The position numbers and the translations under genes are program-made. The notes under the pieces were generated by a model. That model ran no database searches and had not been told where the DNA came from. It saw only the letters and a list, made by a program, of their open reading frames with translations. Below, piece by piece: positions 1-14,200 of a stretch of DNA of 64,000 nucleotides (position 1 is the stretch's first letter; the number at the start of each line of letters is the position of its first letter). Source of the stretch: Mytilus trossulus (taxonomy: Eukaryota); contig NC_086376.1 of assembly GCF_036588685.1 (NCBI RefSeq), forward strand, positions 83,369,630 to 83,433,629. Reading direction: 5' to 3'.

Positions 1-2
1 CA

Positions 3-1864
3 TCTGACCATCGTATTCCGCTTAATTATCGAGGAATAAGCTTATTGTCCTGTATATCTAAGCTGTACAGTGCCTTCATAAATAACCGACTATCGACTTA
101 TCTAGACGAGAATGAGGTTCTTGCTGATGAGCAAAATGGATTCAGGAGACATCGTTCTTGTGAAGATCACGTCTTTTCTCTTAGTAGTGTGATTCAGAAC
201 AACGCTAATGTAATTGCAACATTTGTGGATCTAAAGAAAGCTTTTGACTTCGTGGACCGAGATATGTTACTTTATAAGCTTTTACTAAACAATATCGACG
301 GCAAAATGTACAAATCTATCAAAAACATTTATTCCTACACAACAGCTAGTATTCGTGTCAATCAGAAGATGTCGGATTGGTTTGTTTGAAACTCTGGTGT
401 GAAACAGGGAGACAATTGTTCGCCAACTTTGTTTTCTATATTTATTAATGACCTTGTTCAAGAAGTGAACAATTTGGATCTTGGTATAAATATCGAAGAC
501 ACCAAATTGTCTATGTTGTTGTACGCAGATGACATTGTACTACTAGCATACAACGAGACGGATATGCAAAAGATGTTGGATAAGCTACACGACTGGTGTA
601 AACGGTGGCGAGTTCTAATAAATACAGATAAATCCAAAGTAGTGCATTTCAGATCTGGCAGACGACAGCGTACATCTTTCCAATTCAAGATTGGAGACAA
701 TGAATTAGAAGTTACAAGTCAGTACAAATATTTGGGAGTAATATTTAACGAGAAAAAAGACTTTGCATCAAACGCAGAAAATCTAGCAAAAGGTGGTGGA
801 CGTGCTCTAGGAGCAATTATCTCAAAACTTCACAATCTGAAGGAATTTGGATTTAAGACATTTGAGAAGCTGTATAATTCTTGTGTGGTACCAGTATTAG
901 ACTACAACTCCTCAGTTTGGGGATACAAAAACTTCTCCGGAATCGATAATATACAAAACAAAGCAATTAGATATTTTCTTGGAGTACACAAATTTGCACC
1001 AAAACTAGCCATAGAGGGGGATATCGGATGGCTACCTTCTAAAGAACGACGATGGCTCAACATGATAAGTTACTGGAACAGACTGTTGTTAATGGATAAT
1101 TCAAGGATTTGCAAACGTATCTTTCAATGGGACTATAGCATATGCTCAAACAACTGGTCGGCAGAAATAAAAACTATAATGACAAACATTGGAGTTATGG
1201 AAACTTTTCACAATAGAAAGAGTTGTGATATAAATAATGCAAAATCAGCACTACTTGAACAGCATGGTCTTGATTGGTTAAAAAACTTAGATAGATATCC
1301 AAAACTGCGAACATTCAAAACTTTCAAAAATAATTTCTGTGCTGAATCATATGTGAACCTTAACCTACAACGCAACGAACGGTCGATGTTGGCTCAATTT
1401 AGATGCGGCATTCTACCTCTAAGAATTGAAACAGGACGGTTTAGTGGCGAACCTGAAGACAGCAGACTTTGTAAAATGTGTAGCAAAAATGAAATTGAAA
1501 GTGAAACTCATTTCCTTATTAACTGTGATTTTTATAATGAACTTCGAAATGAACTTTACTCAACCATACCAAGCAAAGAAACATTTTTATCACTGCCACA
1601 CTGTGAACAATTAATACAATTTTTAATTTATTTTCCAAGAAGAACAGCTAAATATATTTTACAAGCATTTACAAAACGCAGACAATTCATTTATGTAAAT
1701 AATTGAACTACATGACTCTACTATGAAATGATTTAAAGATTTATATTTTTTAAGTGACTTATAGGTCCAATGGGCCGGGTGTACAACTATTGTATTGACA
1801 AATATTATTATTATATTGTATATATACACAATGTCACTATAATAAACAAATTCGTATTCGTATT
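3..1864 (+). mobile_element. Non-LTR retrotransposon (LINE; RTE-X/CR1-like clade not resolved), 3' part, antisense in a TEP1 intron, with one in-frame stop
   Basis: One frame from 3 to 1706 reads NYRGISLL..EQNGFR..FVDLKKAFD..GVKQGD..SPTLF..YADD..YKYLG, then a C-terminal RLCKMC..ETHFLINC motif. ORFs 45-389 and 399-1706 are the same frame split by TGA at 387-389. AATAAA at 1841 is followed by a short (TTCGTA)n tail to about 1864. Confidence 0.92.
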
Positions 1865-2029
1865 GGTAATGCTAAAAACATTAATTCGTGTATTTGAATA
1901 ATTTTTGATTGCTGAACTTCCAATGGTAAATATAACATGCATATTCTAGATATCTAATAAGTTGACAGTTCTAAAAAATAATTTACTGGTAATAAATCAC
2001 ATGCAACATGAATAATTAATCCATGAAAA

Positions 2030-2147
2030 ACTTTGTACTTGTTTGGCTTTATAACTATTTTGATATGAGCGTCACTGATGAGTCTTATGTAGACAAAACC
2101 TGGGTCTGGCATACTAAATTATAATCCAGGTACCTTTGATAACTATT
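2030..2147 (+). repeat. Interspersed repeat carrying a minimal type I hammerhead-ribozyme-like motif (Penelope/retrozyme type)
   Basis: gcgtca-CTGATGA(2075-2081)-gtct tatgt agac-AAAA-cctggg-TC-tggc. This is hammerhead topology with GAAA mutated to AAAA. Related copies at about 4290-4450 (+), 39880-40050 (-), 47965-48054 (-) and 58150-58300 (-). Confidence 0.65.
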
Positions 2148-2268
2148 AGCATTAAATCTTATCCTGTAAGTTTTCTGTAAAATTCTTGTCTCACACTGAC
2201 AAATAATTAAAAGCTTGATATATTAAGTCAATATAACTTATGCATATGTTTTAGTAGATAAGTTTTAC

Positions 2269-5200
2269 CTCAGTATAGCGTCACTAAATCCTGTGATATA
2301 GATGTCATTATCGTTCTCTGGTTTGATACTCTCAGAAAATCTAAAAATATAACAAGATTACATTTTTAAAATATACACAACATTTTCTCTCATGAATGAA
2401 TTTTCTAAAAACAATTTTTTGTAAACACTTTGTTTTGGGCTGATTTTCATTAAATGTTTATAGTTGATACTTTCATTAAACTATTTAATTTACACAACAC
2501 ATCATGAACAGACCTTGTGTACAACAATTCTGTGATTCTATCTACTGTAAATTTAAAAGTTATTGCAATATTTTTATTATTGCGAAAAATTTGACAGGGT
2601 TGTAATCGCAATAATTTAAACTAGCATTTAATTTTTTTTTAAATGATTTAGCAGGATTTTCCTCAATGTCGCAAACATCAAAATTGCATTATAATCTAAA
2701 ATGACAATAACGCAATAATAAATGCATGCAATAATTTCTGAATTAACAGTATTTACAATATAAAGACCCTATCTTTGTTATTTTAAGACTTATTTTAGCT
2801 TAAATTACTATTATATACATACCCACAACCTTTTCCGCTGAATGAAATATTGGCATACAACAGATTAGGGTTTACTAGTTGTCTAAACTTCTTCAGGAAG
2901 AAGGAGACAAAGTCCTGCTGTACACTGTCAACTCCACCACTCAGTATTATCAAGTTATCAATCTGTAAACCAAAATTTTTTAACCAATCAAAGTCAGGTT
3001 TATTAAATATAATTCACAGTAAAACATTACAAATTATGTGTTTTAAAGGCAGTATATATTGAATGTCTTCAATTTTTAATGAATATTTCATGTAAATTAA
3101 CTAATTTAAATAATCTGATATTTAAAAAATAAATCCAGAAATACAATTTGTCAAAATTTTGTAAAATATGCATATACAGGTATATGTAAAAAATATAAAA
3201 AAATAATAATTTTATAGTGACTGAGTCAAGAAAATATTAAGAGTAACCTTTAATTATTGTAAAAGATATGCTACTGCTGTGAACATTTTAATTTTAATGT
3301 GACAGTCATGAAAATGTTAGGGATAACCTTGATTCTTATAAGTGATCATTGTAAGGAAGTTATCTCAAATGACAATTTATCCAATCTCTCTTATACTGCA
3401 CTCAATGTTAATTGATTTATTCAGAAGTTCATACCTGTTGTCTATCCACCAAAGCAGCATTTAATATACGATCTGGAATTTTATATTCAAAGTTCTTGCC
3501 AGTCTGCATTTGTTTATCCAACTGAAATAGTAATGTTTTCATAAAAAATATATTATGCACAAAAAGACTATTAGTCATCGTCAGCTGAAATTTGTAGCGG
3601 TTATCTGTAAAAATAATCTAAACTATCATTCGCTTTCACTCAAGATATAGTTTTTTCACATTCCATTCCTAAATCGTCAGAAGAAAAACCACTACTAACC
3701 TTCTTTTAAGTGATTGCACTGTAATTATCCTGACCTTAACATTCTCCAGAATATTTTCCATTGTAATTTCGCCATCTTCGTTTCTATGAAGATCCTTTGT
3801 TTACATATGACACACGTCACTTTCAGAGTTTACTGTAATGTTCTTTTCATTGATGTGATAAAGTTTTCTGCGTTTTATGCAAATTTTATGAAATTGAACT
3901 CCATGGAAACACTTCTGGTAAAAACAATGGTGGATTCCACCATTCAAAATCGTCTTGGTAAATGTGAAGGTCAGGATTATCACAGTGCAAGCACTTAAAG
4001 TAGGTCAGTTGTGGTTTTTTCTTTTGTCGATTTATGAATGGAATGTGGTTGATAGTTTAGATTATTTTTACCGATAACCGCTACAAATTTCAGCTGACAA
4101 CGAGAATACAACTAAACTCAAACAACTCTAGGTAAATTTGTTTCAAAATGACAAATTCAATTTTCAACTTTAAGTCAAAATATTTTTGTATACAGCCTAC
4201 AAATGCAAAAGGAAAAATAGCTTCAAATATAATGAGGATTGTCTACCCTAAATATATAAGAATAAATATAAATAAGCTGTATTTCACAAAAACTTTCAGT
4301 GATTTGTGTCCTTAATGCTTTTCAACTTTGTTACTGTACTTTATTTGGCTTTTTAACTTTTTTTATTCAAGCTTCAAATATGCATTGATGTGTCTTTTGT
4401 AGACGAGGTGCATGTACAAAATTTTGATACTGGTATCTTTGATGATTTTAATCCCAAAAAGAAGCAAAAAATGTATATTCAAACCAAAAACAGTTGTCCC
4501 TGTAACTATTTCCTTATATTGACTTTTCTATATTAAATAAACTAACATGACATGCATAAACTGGTTATGAAAATGGGATTGCTGCCCACAGCATCGTAAT
4601 GAGCATCCTTATATGCTTCTTTTTTATAATTAAGGGTATAGATAAGGGGTTTTCTTTCACAAAAAGGCCACTCATAAATAATATATTCTTAATCTTCAAT
4701 GTGGACCCATCAGACTTTAACTACTTACAACAGTAAGGGTATCTTCCATGTTATTCAGAATTGTTCCAGGTTTTGGTGTGATCAGGTCATAACGGGACTC
4801 ATCAAATACAACAAATTCACAATTCTCACACGAGTATTTACACATCAAACCCATCAATACAGCTACTTCCCTCATCTAAAATAAAAGAATTTTATTTTGA
4901 ACTGAAATACACAAAATTATAAAGTACATTTTTCCAATACATATTCAGACATGCAATGATTTATCATGATAAAATACAATTTTGAAAAGTTTAGGCATTT
5001 TATGATCTTTCATATGATTTCAGACTGGTAAACATGACAAACTTTTGGCATTAGAATAATTTATGTCATAAATCAATTGAGAAATATTTTCCATTGGTAG
5101 ATGATTGTTTTAACAAAAATTGATTTTCAACTTTGCTAGGCAAAGTTGAACCTATATAATTTTGTCCAATCTTTTTAAATCTGTATCTTTCCATTTATTC

Positions 5201-8200
5201 ATCATTTTAAAATCTAATTTCCGGTCTAATAATTCTGATTGTTCCTAATTACTGATGTCAACTCTAAAATGCAAATAAATGTGCATATGTGGTATGAAAC
5301 CAAGTTAAAGGTTGGACAAACTGCATCAACTAGTGTTATAATATTGCAACTCATTAGGCAAATACCATACCAATGAAAGGTAAATGTTTAGTCTAGGTGT
5401 TTTCTGAATTAATTTATGTAGTTGGCATTACCTTTCTGGGTTTTCCAAGGCCCCTGGCAGCTGTACAATTAACATCCATATTCTCCCCAACATCACAGAA
5501 AACAATTGTCTTTCCTTTGATTGGCTGGACATTGTATACTGTTGCTATTTTAACAGCTGTATCTAAAGCTTTCCTGTATCTCTGTATCAGATTGGGATCA
5601 TAAGGTGTCTCTCTAAAAAATAATATGTATAACAATGATTGCAGTAGGCATTACAGTCAGATTTCGATAAAATTAAGCATTTTCATTAAAAGCAATTTGT
5701 AAGGAGACTATAAAATGATAATTACAGCCATTTGACTTGAGTGTGTAGGTTCAAACAAAATATTTGGTTACCTTTCTTGCTAACTGAACCATGAAATATT
5801 TATTAGGTTAGGTATGCTACCCTCTTTTTAAAGTAGACTAGTCTGACAGATAACCAATATATGTCTGTAGGACTAGAATTCTCTAAAAGATGGATAGTTA
5901 ACCTAATCCAATAGTGATTTCATGGTTCAGCTAGCAAGCAAGGAAACCAAAGATTTTTTTTAACCTACACACTCAAGTCAATTGGCTGTAATTATGAAAT
6001 ATGGGTTCACTTATAGATGACAGATAAATGTTTATATGAATAATCAGAGCTGTGAAGTAAACATTATGAGACAGCAATCTAACAACACAAATTAAGAAAA
6101 TTAAAAGGACACCATACAAACTTAAACAAGGGGGAAGTTACCACACTGTTGATAAGCTCTTAATCACTCACTCAAAGTCCATACAAGTTGTATGTATACA
6201 AAACCTTAAAGCTTCAACATAATCAAAGATGATTTTTTTTACATTTGGCTTAGGCATGCAAACAAGTGACAGGGTTAATATTAACATACTTTGCTTTCCC
6301 TGCTTCAGCTTTCTTTTTGTTTCTCTTTTCTATCCACCACTGTACTTCTCCATCTGCCCCTCCTCCTCGTCCTCTACCTCTCCCTCTCCCCCTACCACGT
6401 CCACGACCCCTGGCACGTTCACTTGGTTGAGGAATTCCCAATGCTACATACTGGGCTGCAATCTCTGCCTCTTGCACAATCTTCTTTTCTGTTAATAAAA
6501 ATCAGCTGTTTAAAATTTAAAATGAGAGATATGAAAAATGTTTCAATGGTACAATGTATAGATCATATGTTTGGTTTATTTTACAAATGTATACCCGTTT
6601 GTGTTGTTATGAGTTAAGCTTCTTGCATGACTTATTCATACCTTATTTTCTTTTCTTTTTTTATCTTTATGAAGAGATAGGAAACCATCTTGATTTGCAC
6701 TATTCCTTTTCAGATGATGCACTCATGTCTAAATTTGTAATGCAAGAATATTCAAAATTCTAACATGACATTATTCAAATGCTTTGACTGCTTGGTCTGT
6801 TTCGATAGTACTCACACGTCATATTCTCTTTATAGATGAGCTACCCGACGTCATAGAACGATGATGTAACAATATAAACATTTTACGGGAAACTAGGGAG
6901 ACCACGTGGCGTTGTTAACGAAATTGGCATTGAAATTGACAACGTCGTCATAGGTAAAATAGTGATAAACAGATTATCATTGGTCATCTCAACTCAATTG
7001 CTTTTCTCACTTTCACTGTACCAGCTCAAGCGAGAAAATCAATCTTGTTGAGATAATCAACGATAATCTATCATTATATAAGCCATTTTTGTATACACAT
7101 AACACATATAAGTACAATTATCATTTAGATTCATCCAAACCTTTCTAAATATGTTTTTGTAAATAGTTTAAGCATGTCACTTATTCACTTTGCGTAGATC
7201 TTTTACGTCAATTTAATAGTGCATTAATTTATAGAAAAGCAAATAATGCCTTCACCTAGAGCGCTTTGATAAAAATACAATAGCCATATTTGTCCTATCA
7301 AAATTGAAACAATTCATGGGAACTTGAATATGTATCATGATTTTATCACATGTTGTCCCTTTATGCCGATATTTTACCCCTTGCTATTGCTCAGAGTAAA
7401 ATATTTGTCATAAAGTTCCAACCTGTGGTAAAATCAGGACATATTCAAGCCCACATGAATTATTTCTTAATCATAATATTCTCAGACTGGAGTAAAAAGG
7501 CAAAATCTATTTATAAATACACAAAAAAAAGAATACTTACGGCTTTCCTCAAAGTCTTTCTCTAGATTAACCAAAACTTCATATGCAGAGAAAAATCTGA
7601 ATGGGAACTGTTTACTGTTGACAACTTGTCTCTGAAATTATGTCAAAGGCACATATTTCAGATACAATAATAAATGTAACAAAGAGCTTACTGCTCTATT
7701 TTGCCTTGATGCTGACCTACTAAAATGCACATTTACACAAGATTGTTTGATGTTGATATTACTGTACCACAGATCTGATTTTGATATATCTTCAGCGTAC
7801 AGAGCTGTGGAAAGAGAGGTTAGATAAAATGCAACTGAAAAGATATTCTTCACCGTATATTATTTTAAATAGATTTCAATCTCAAACATTAACCATAAAC
7901 TGACATTTTTTATTATGGGTCCAAACTTCATTGCATGCAAAATAAGTCGACAGGTTTTACAGAGAACTTTTTATAAATTATTGACAAAAAATTGTGGCAA
8001 ATTTTTTAAAGAGTTTGTATATTAACAATAAGGAAATCTGTTACATCTGCTATAAATGACACATCTATTAATTAAAAAGCCTGTCTCTGTTTGTCCTACA
8101 GTAGTAATAACTATACATGTTGAACTGCAATTCAATGGTCACCTTTCTTATAATGCCAGTTTTCTCTGCTCCCTAGAGTGACCTTACATCATATAAAAGT

Positions 8201-11200
8201 AGCTACCTGATAAGAACTATGACATTTTTTTTATTCTATTGAACTCAGACTTTACACAAGTGAAAGCATAAAGGCAATATATACTGTCACTTGATGGAAG
8301 AAATGTGAACAAGACAAAAAAATTATTATAAGTCATAAATTGAAGGGTTATTCCTATAAACCCTTTTAATTTTGTTATTTGGGATATGGGATATTAGATA
8401 AAAAAATATATATATATATAAGCAAAGTAAGTGTGCCTGTGTTTGACCTATACATACCTCATTAGTAAGTCTATTGATAATATCTGTGTGGTGTTTGTTT
8501 GAGATACCAGCTTTTATCAAATTTCTCAGATTCCTCAACATTGCCATAAATGGCAACTTTTTATGGTCTGTTTAAAAAAACAAACAAATTCATTATATTG
8601 ATATTCAAATCAAAATACAATCTATAAAAAATTGCTATCATTTATCATGTATATTTATTCATGAAAATTATATATCATTGTATTAAAATGCAGAAAAAAA
8701 TTAGTGAATTTATAAACGGATTTTTAACGAATGGACAAACATGTGAGATTAATTACGGCAGATCTAAGAAAATCTTCTTACAGATGTATGTATCAGATAT
8801 AAGGGTGCTAGTTCATATTATTGAGATCCCAAACCCATTGACATTATTTGCATTAATAAAAACCTCACAATAATTTCTGATAAAAAAAGTGACAATAAAA
8901 TACACATACCTATTAAGTCTTCCCATGTTGATGCTTTGTTTCCTTTAAGTGAAACCTGAGTTTCCCAAGTCTCGGGTACAGGGAGTTTCATTCTTTTTCC
9001 CGCCTTTTCTTCTTCCCATTGTCCTGGAAGACGACACTTGTAAAAATCTTCTAATGTCTCTGGGTACCTATTAAATAATAATTGAGGCAATGATTAAAAT
9101 TATTTTTTCTCCATCAGTTTCAGCAAAGATAAGTGATAGAACACAATAAAACATTACATCGTAAAGTAGCTGTATGTTCACTCTGATACACCAGGAACAA
9201 AACAGGGAAAAATCTATTGGGAAAATCATTTTCAAGATATATATTTTTGATAAAATTTCATTTTATTTTTTGTTAAAATATGCAGTTTTACAAAGATATT
9301 AGCTTCATAAAAAGAATTTTTAAACCTCAATTTTTCTAGAGTCATGGATTTAAACTCTTTGGACAAACATTTAATCAACACACATAGTTTACAAATTCAC
9401 ATTGTTATTTTCAGCAATATAAACAAGTCAGTAGTGGATTTTATGACTATCTGTAAAATTTTAACCTTTTATTTTACATGCCCTTAATGATCATGCACAA
9501 AATTTAAATAGTTCCTAGAAACTACGACTTGACACGGGCATATTATACAGATTATTTTATTAACTTTTAGATGCACAGACTAAGTCATTTTTTAAGTGTA
9601 CTTACTTTTTACCGATAAGAGCCATGACATGGTATACTGGCTCTGTGATATGTAGTTTTCTGATCAGCTGTTTCAGTGAAAAAGATGTCTTCTCAATCTC
9701 TTCTTTCGATTCTTTATCATCATATATAACATCTGATATCTAAGAATTAAAAACAAATAAATAATGTATGTTAGTTAGACATCTACCCATCAACACATAC
9801 ACAAAATGACTGCTAGATGTGAACATATGAACAATACAATATTACAAGCACTTAATTCTTCGGAGACTAAACAAATTGTGAACAAATTAACCTGAGACTA
9901 ATCAATGGTCTACCATAACATAAAATTCCCACAATGGGGAGCAACTTTTAGATAACGGATGACGTTCGTTTCATAAGATTCTGAAAAAATCTACTATCTT
10001 GGTAAAAAAATTGAATAAGAAATAGATAATAATAGTACATTTCTTGGAATAATACAAAATTTTGTTATCTTTAATTTTTGTTGGAATGTAGTGCCACTGT
10101 CTGCACAGTTCAGTTTATTGAAAAATTCTTTTATGGCCTTCACAGGAATAAAGATTTAGATTTTGTAGTATCTATACAAATAAAAGAAAGAACTTGATCC
10201 TGTGTGATGTTACATGTATTAGGTTTAAATGGAAATGCATGATTTTTTTTAATTTATATCTTGAAAATATTTAACCCTTCTATTTACATGTTTGTCCTGA
10301 ATAATAATGTTTAATTAAAAACCCAATAAAAAATTAGGTTGCAATAAATATACATGTTATTGATTTGTAAACAACTCACTATTTAAATGAGAAAAAATGG
10401 TTGCATCCTAGCATGTATTTTTTTTTAAATTTTAAAAAGTTGGTAGACATACAATATTTATGAAATTACCTGTCTTTTCATCTTGGATTCTTCTTCCTCA
10501 TCTGAAGAATCTGAAGAATCTGATGAAATGTCATCTGGCTGTGGGGGTACAAAACTGCCAAATCTAGCTCCCCTACCTCCTCTAGTAAAACCTCCTCTAC
10601 CACGACCTCTACCTCCTCTGCCACCTCTACCGCCTCTCACAGCTGATCCATCATCTTCTTTCTCCTTATTTTTTCGTTCTTTCTTCTTTTTCTTCTTCCT
10701 AGAACTTTCTTTATTATACTTAGCTGAAAGTTGAATTCAGAAATAAATCTTTCTTGAAATACTCTATGCTCATTTTTAGAAGTTTAGGCATTACATGAAT
10801 ATTTGTCAAAATCCTTATATTGAGCATCGTGAAATTTAAACATGATTAATAGAACTTTATAAACTTAATGTATTTCAACAGGATAACTAGACAGAAGCGG
10901 CCCCCTCTTTCCCCCACATTCCAAAGCACATAAATACAGAGAATTTGAAGAAATACAACAGAGCACTAATGTTACTAAGTGCTCTGTTGTATTTATTACT
11001 CTGTTTATTAATTAGTAATAATGGAGTTAATAGCACATATTTCATTGCTAGTACATTTTTGTACCAGTAGAAGTACCATTGAAATATTCACAGCAATAGA
11101 AGTTTCTCTTCTCTTCATTCTTCTTTGTACTTAAGTTTAATACTTGGATGCCTTTAGCTCTAGAATAGACACTATCCAGCATTAATATGAATGCCCTCTG

Positions 11201-14200
11201 TCTAACTATAAATAGCAATTTTCTCTAACAAAATATAGATTATCTCCTTTTTTTACCCAATTTTCAACCATCTGAAATAGACAGTTTATTCAAACAGTTT
11301 TAAATGTTCTAAACAGTCTAGCATACATGTACATGTGACATTTTAACTGTCAAACAAGATATAAGGCAGTCACTGAAATGGCCGTCTATTGCCATCAGAG
11401 TTCAAAAATTAATGTTCTGAAAATGTAACAGAAATTATGCAATATACATTCTAAAACCAAAATGCTTTTCTTACCAAGCTGGTATTCATCAAAGTCAGGA
11501 AATTTAGTCATCATAACTCTTCTTAGCGCTGAGGGTAATGCCCCTTGTGTCAAATGTCTGTCATGGAAAGCCTAAAGAAATAAAACACAAGACATGTATG
11601 TTAAACCCTGTGCACTATGAAACTGAAATATGATAAAACAGTTTCTCCAATTCTTACTCATTTTATCTCTTTTATTTTTTATTTAATCAACATATATGGC
11701 TTGTTTGTAATTGATCTCAATTCTTCATTGTTCTTAATTTGGATATATATGATTTAGGACATCAAATTATCAGCGAAACCCTCTTTTTAAATTTAAAAAT
11801 TTAACTGTCTCAAGTTGATAAATATTGAATCACACTCGATGCAGTGGTAAAATCTATATTTATACACAGTTTATATAAATGTACATTTGAATTAAAACAT
11901 CAGTGTACATGTTTTACTATCAATTTAATATCACAACAATATATGATATAATTTCCAAAATACAGATTAAATTGAAGTTTTGTAAATTCTTTATGGTTAC
12001 GATCTACTAAATATTAGTTCAAGTTTATAAAAAAAACTTTCATGCATAGATAATTTCTGGCATTAACTCAGGCTTTGGAATCAACATATCAAAGTTTTTG
12101 ATTTGGTGTTTCAAGCATAAATTTTGTACTCCAAGTACTGAGTAAAGTTTTATGACTCCAGCCACAGGTCTCTTCTGGAGAGTTGTCTCGTTGGCAATTA
12201 TATCACAATTTCTTGTTTTTGTACATCTTTTCTTTAATGGATTTCATTTATTTTTAAAAACCTTTCTTCTAACTCCATTGAACTCTTTAAATTTAGAATT
12301 TAGTGGCAAATTCAGGTGGAACTTAGAATTGGTTAAATGGATTTTTTGGTTTAACATTCTCAAAATTTCAATCCTGACAATAACCCTACAATTTCAAACA
12401 ATAGATCAGCCACTGTTTTCTTATGCAAGAGCATGTTTTGGTCAATCTTTAAGAGCAAACTGACAACAATTATCAATTAATTCTGTACTTAAAACATGTT
12501 CGAGTAGAACAATCAATAGCATCGACATACTTATTATTTAGATCAAATGCAACTGACAAAATAACAAAATTAAGCACCATGAAAATAATTGAGTCCCTTG
12601 AGTTAATATTGCATCACAATACTGACATATCTGTGGTATTACCAAATTATCTCCCTTTGGTAACCATACCAGAACTAACCTGATATATTTCAGCTACTTC
12701 TATCCAGTCTGATGGTAAACTTATAGAGGCACAGTAGTATTTCTTTAAGAATGGTCTGCACAAATCAATATTAGCTGCCATGGCTAACAGAAAGTTTGCT
12801 GTTGTTCTTATGTTTAGTTGTTTTCTGGTATATAGTGCAACCTATAAATAAAAAATTATCAACTTAAGCAATAGTGCAGGCTAAAAAAGATTTTTTTTAT
12901 GAAATCATTCCATCCAAATACTCTTTCAAGATTAACATATTTGTATCCTCATAATCATGATAAACCATCATTAAAATTCACGTTTTTTACAGCAATATCC
13001 CCCATTGAGACTCTGTGGGAGATAAAGAATGTATCAAACATGTACCTACCTTCAATACAAACTCTGGATCATAAACAACCAACTTCTTTGCCATGTTGGA
13101 TAGTGCTATTCTAGTATTGTCTTCTGAATTTCTAAAATTAGGTTGGCAAATAAGTGATCCACTTACAGCATTGATGAAACCAAGCTTAAATAATAAAATA
13201 ATAAATACATGTTATTCAATGATTTTTTCCATCACGTAGAAAGCAAAATTATAATAGAATTACTTAAACATTTCCTGTCAATATGTGTTTATAAACCAAT
13301 TTGTTGAATATGTTCATTTTTCAGGCAACTGACTGTAAATAAATGAATTTAAAATCTTTAATGAAACATACAACTCAAAGTGATTGAGCTACAATGTACA
13401 ACTTTAACATTGTCAATTTGACAGGTAGTTCAGTATCTACCAACTTAACCTGACATTTATAAAATCCCTAAATATTTAAGAAGTCAGTGGATTATAATGT
13501 CAATGATCCTTATGATTATGTATGACAAATTCAAAAAAAGGCCTGATTTTGGCACTAGATACCGAGAAGAAATTAATACCTTTATGCCATTCACATCATG
13601 TAATGGTTTAGAAATAGGTTTCAAACTTGGATCCTGTGCTGGTGATACGAAGTCCGGGATATCTATTCCTTTATCTTTAATGTCTATTTCTAATTTATAC
13701 TGTGGTGGTTTGACTTCATATCTTGTTATGGTAGTTACTTTCCCATCACTGTTCACCATCTTCTTTTTTGATTTGACTGCAGAGCGATCATTACTCTTTC
13801 TTTTTGTTGTCTCCTTTTTATCTGAGCTCAATTGCCTTGATAATGAACTTTGAGTTGAGTAACTGCTTGAACTAAAGGATGTGACTGGTTCTATTTTTAT
13901 TGTGACGAGGGGTGAAGTTGACTTCAGTAAATTAGATTGTAAATTTTCCTTAAACATGGAAGACGTTTTGTCAGTTCTAGTATCATTACTTCTTAATGAG
14001 CTAAGTTTTGATTGGTCAGGCTTTGTCAGAAGACTGCTTGTTAAATTGGAGGATGGGCCAAGTCTACTACTTAAACCTGATGACAGACCAAGCCTACTAG
14101 ACAAATTGGATGATGTGGTCAAACTGCTGGTCAAATTTGATGTCAATCCTGGTCTTCCTGACAATGAAAAACTTGACTTTGTTGGTCCAAGTAATGTATT

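Noticed and set aside
387-389. TGA as selenocysteine or programmed readthrough in the RT
   Set aside because: No SECIS recognised and no precedent at this RT position. A point mutation is simpler.
12152-12463. 103-aa plus-strand ORF and coding-looking minus strand in a TEP1 intron
   Set aside because: It begins in a repeat fragment, the minus-strand frames have several stops, and I could not identify a homologue.
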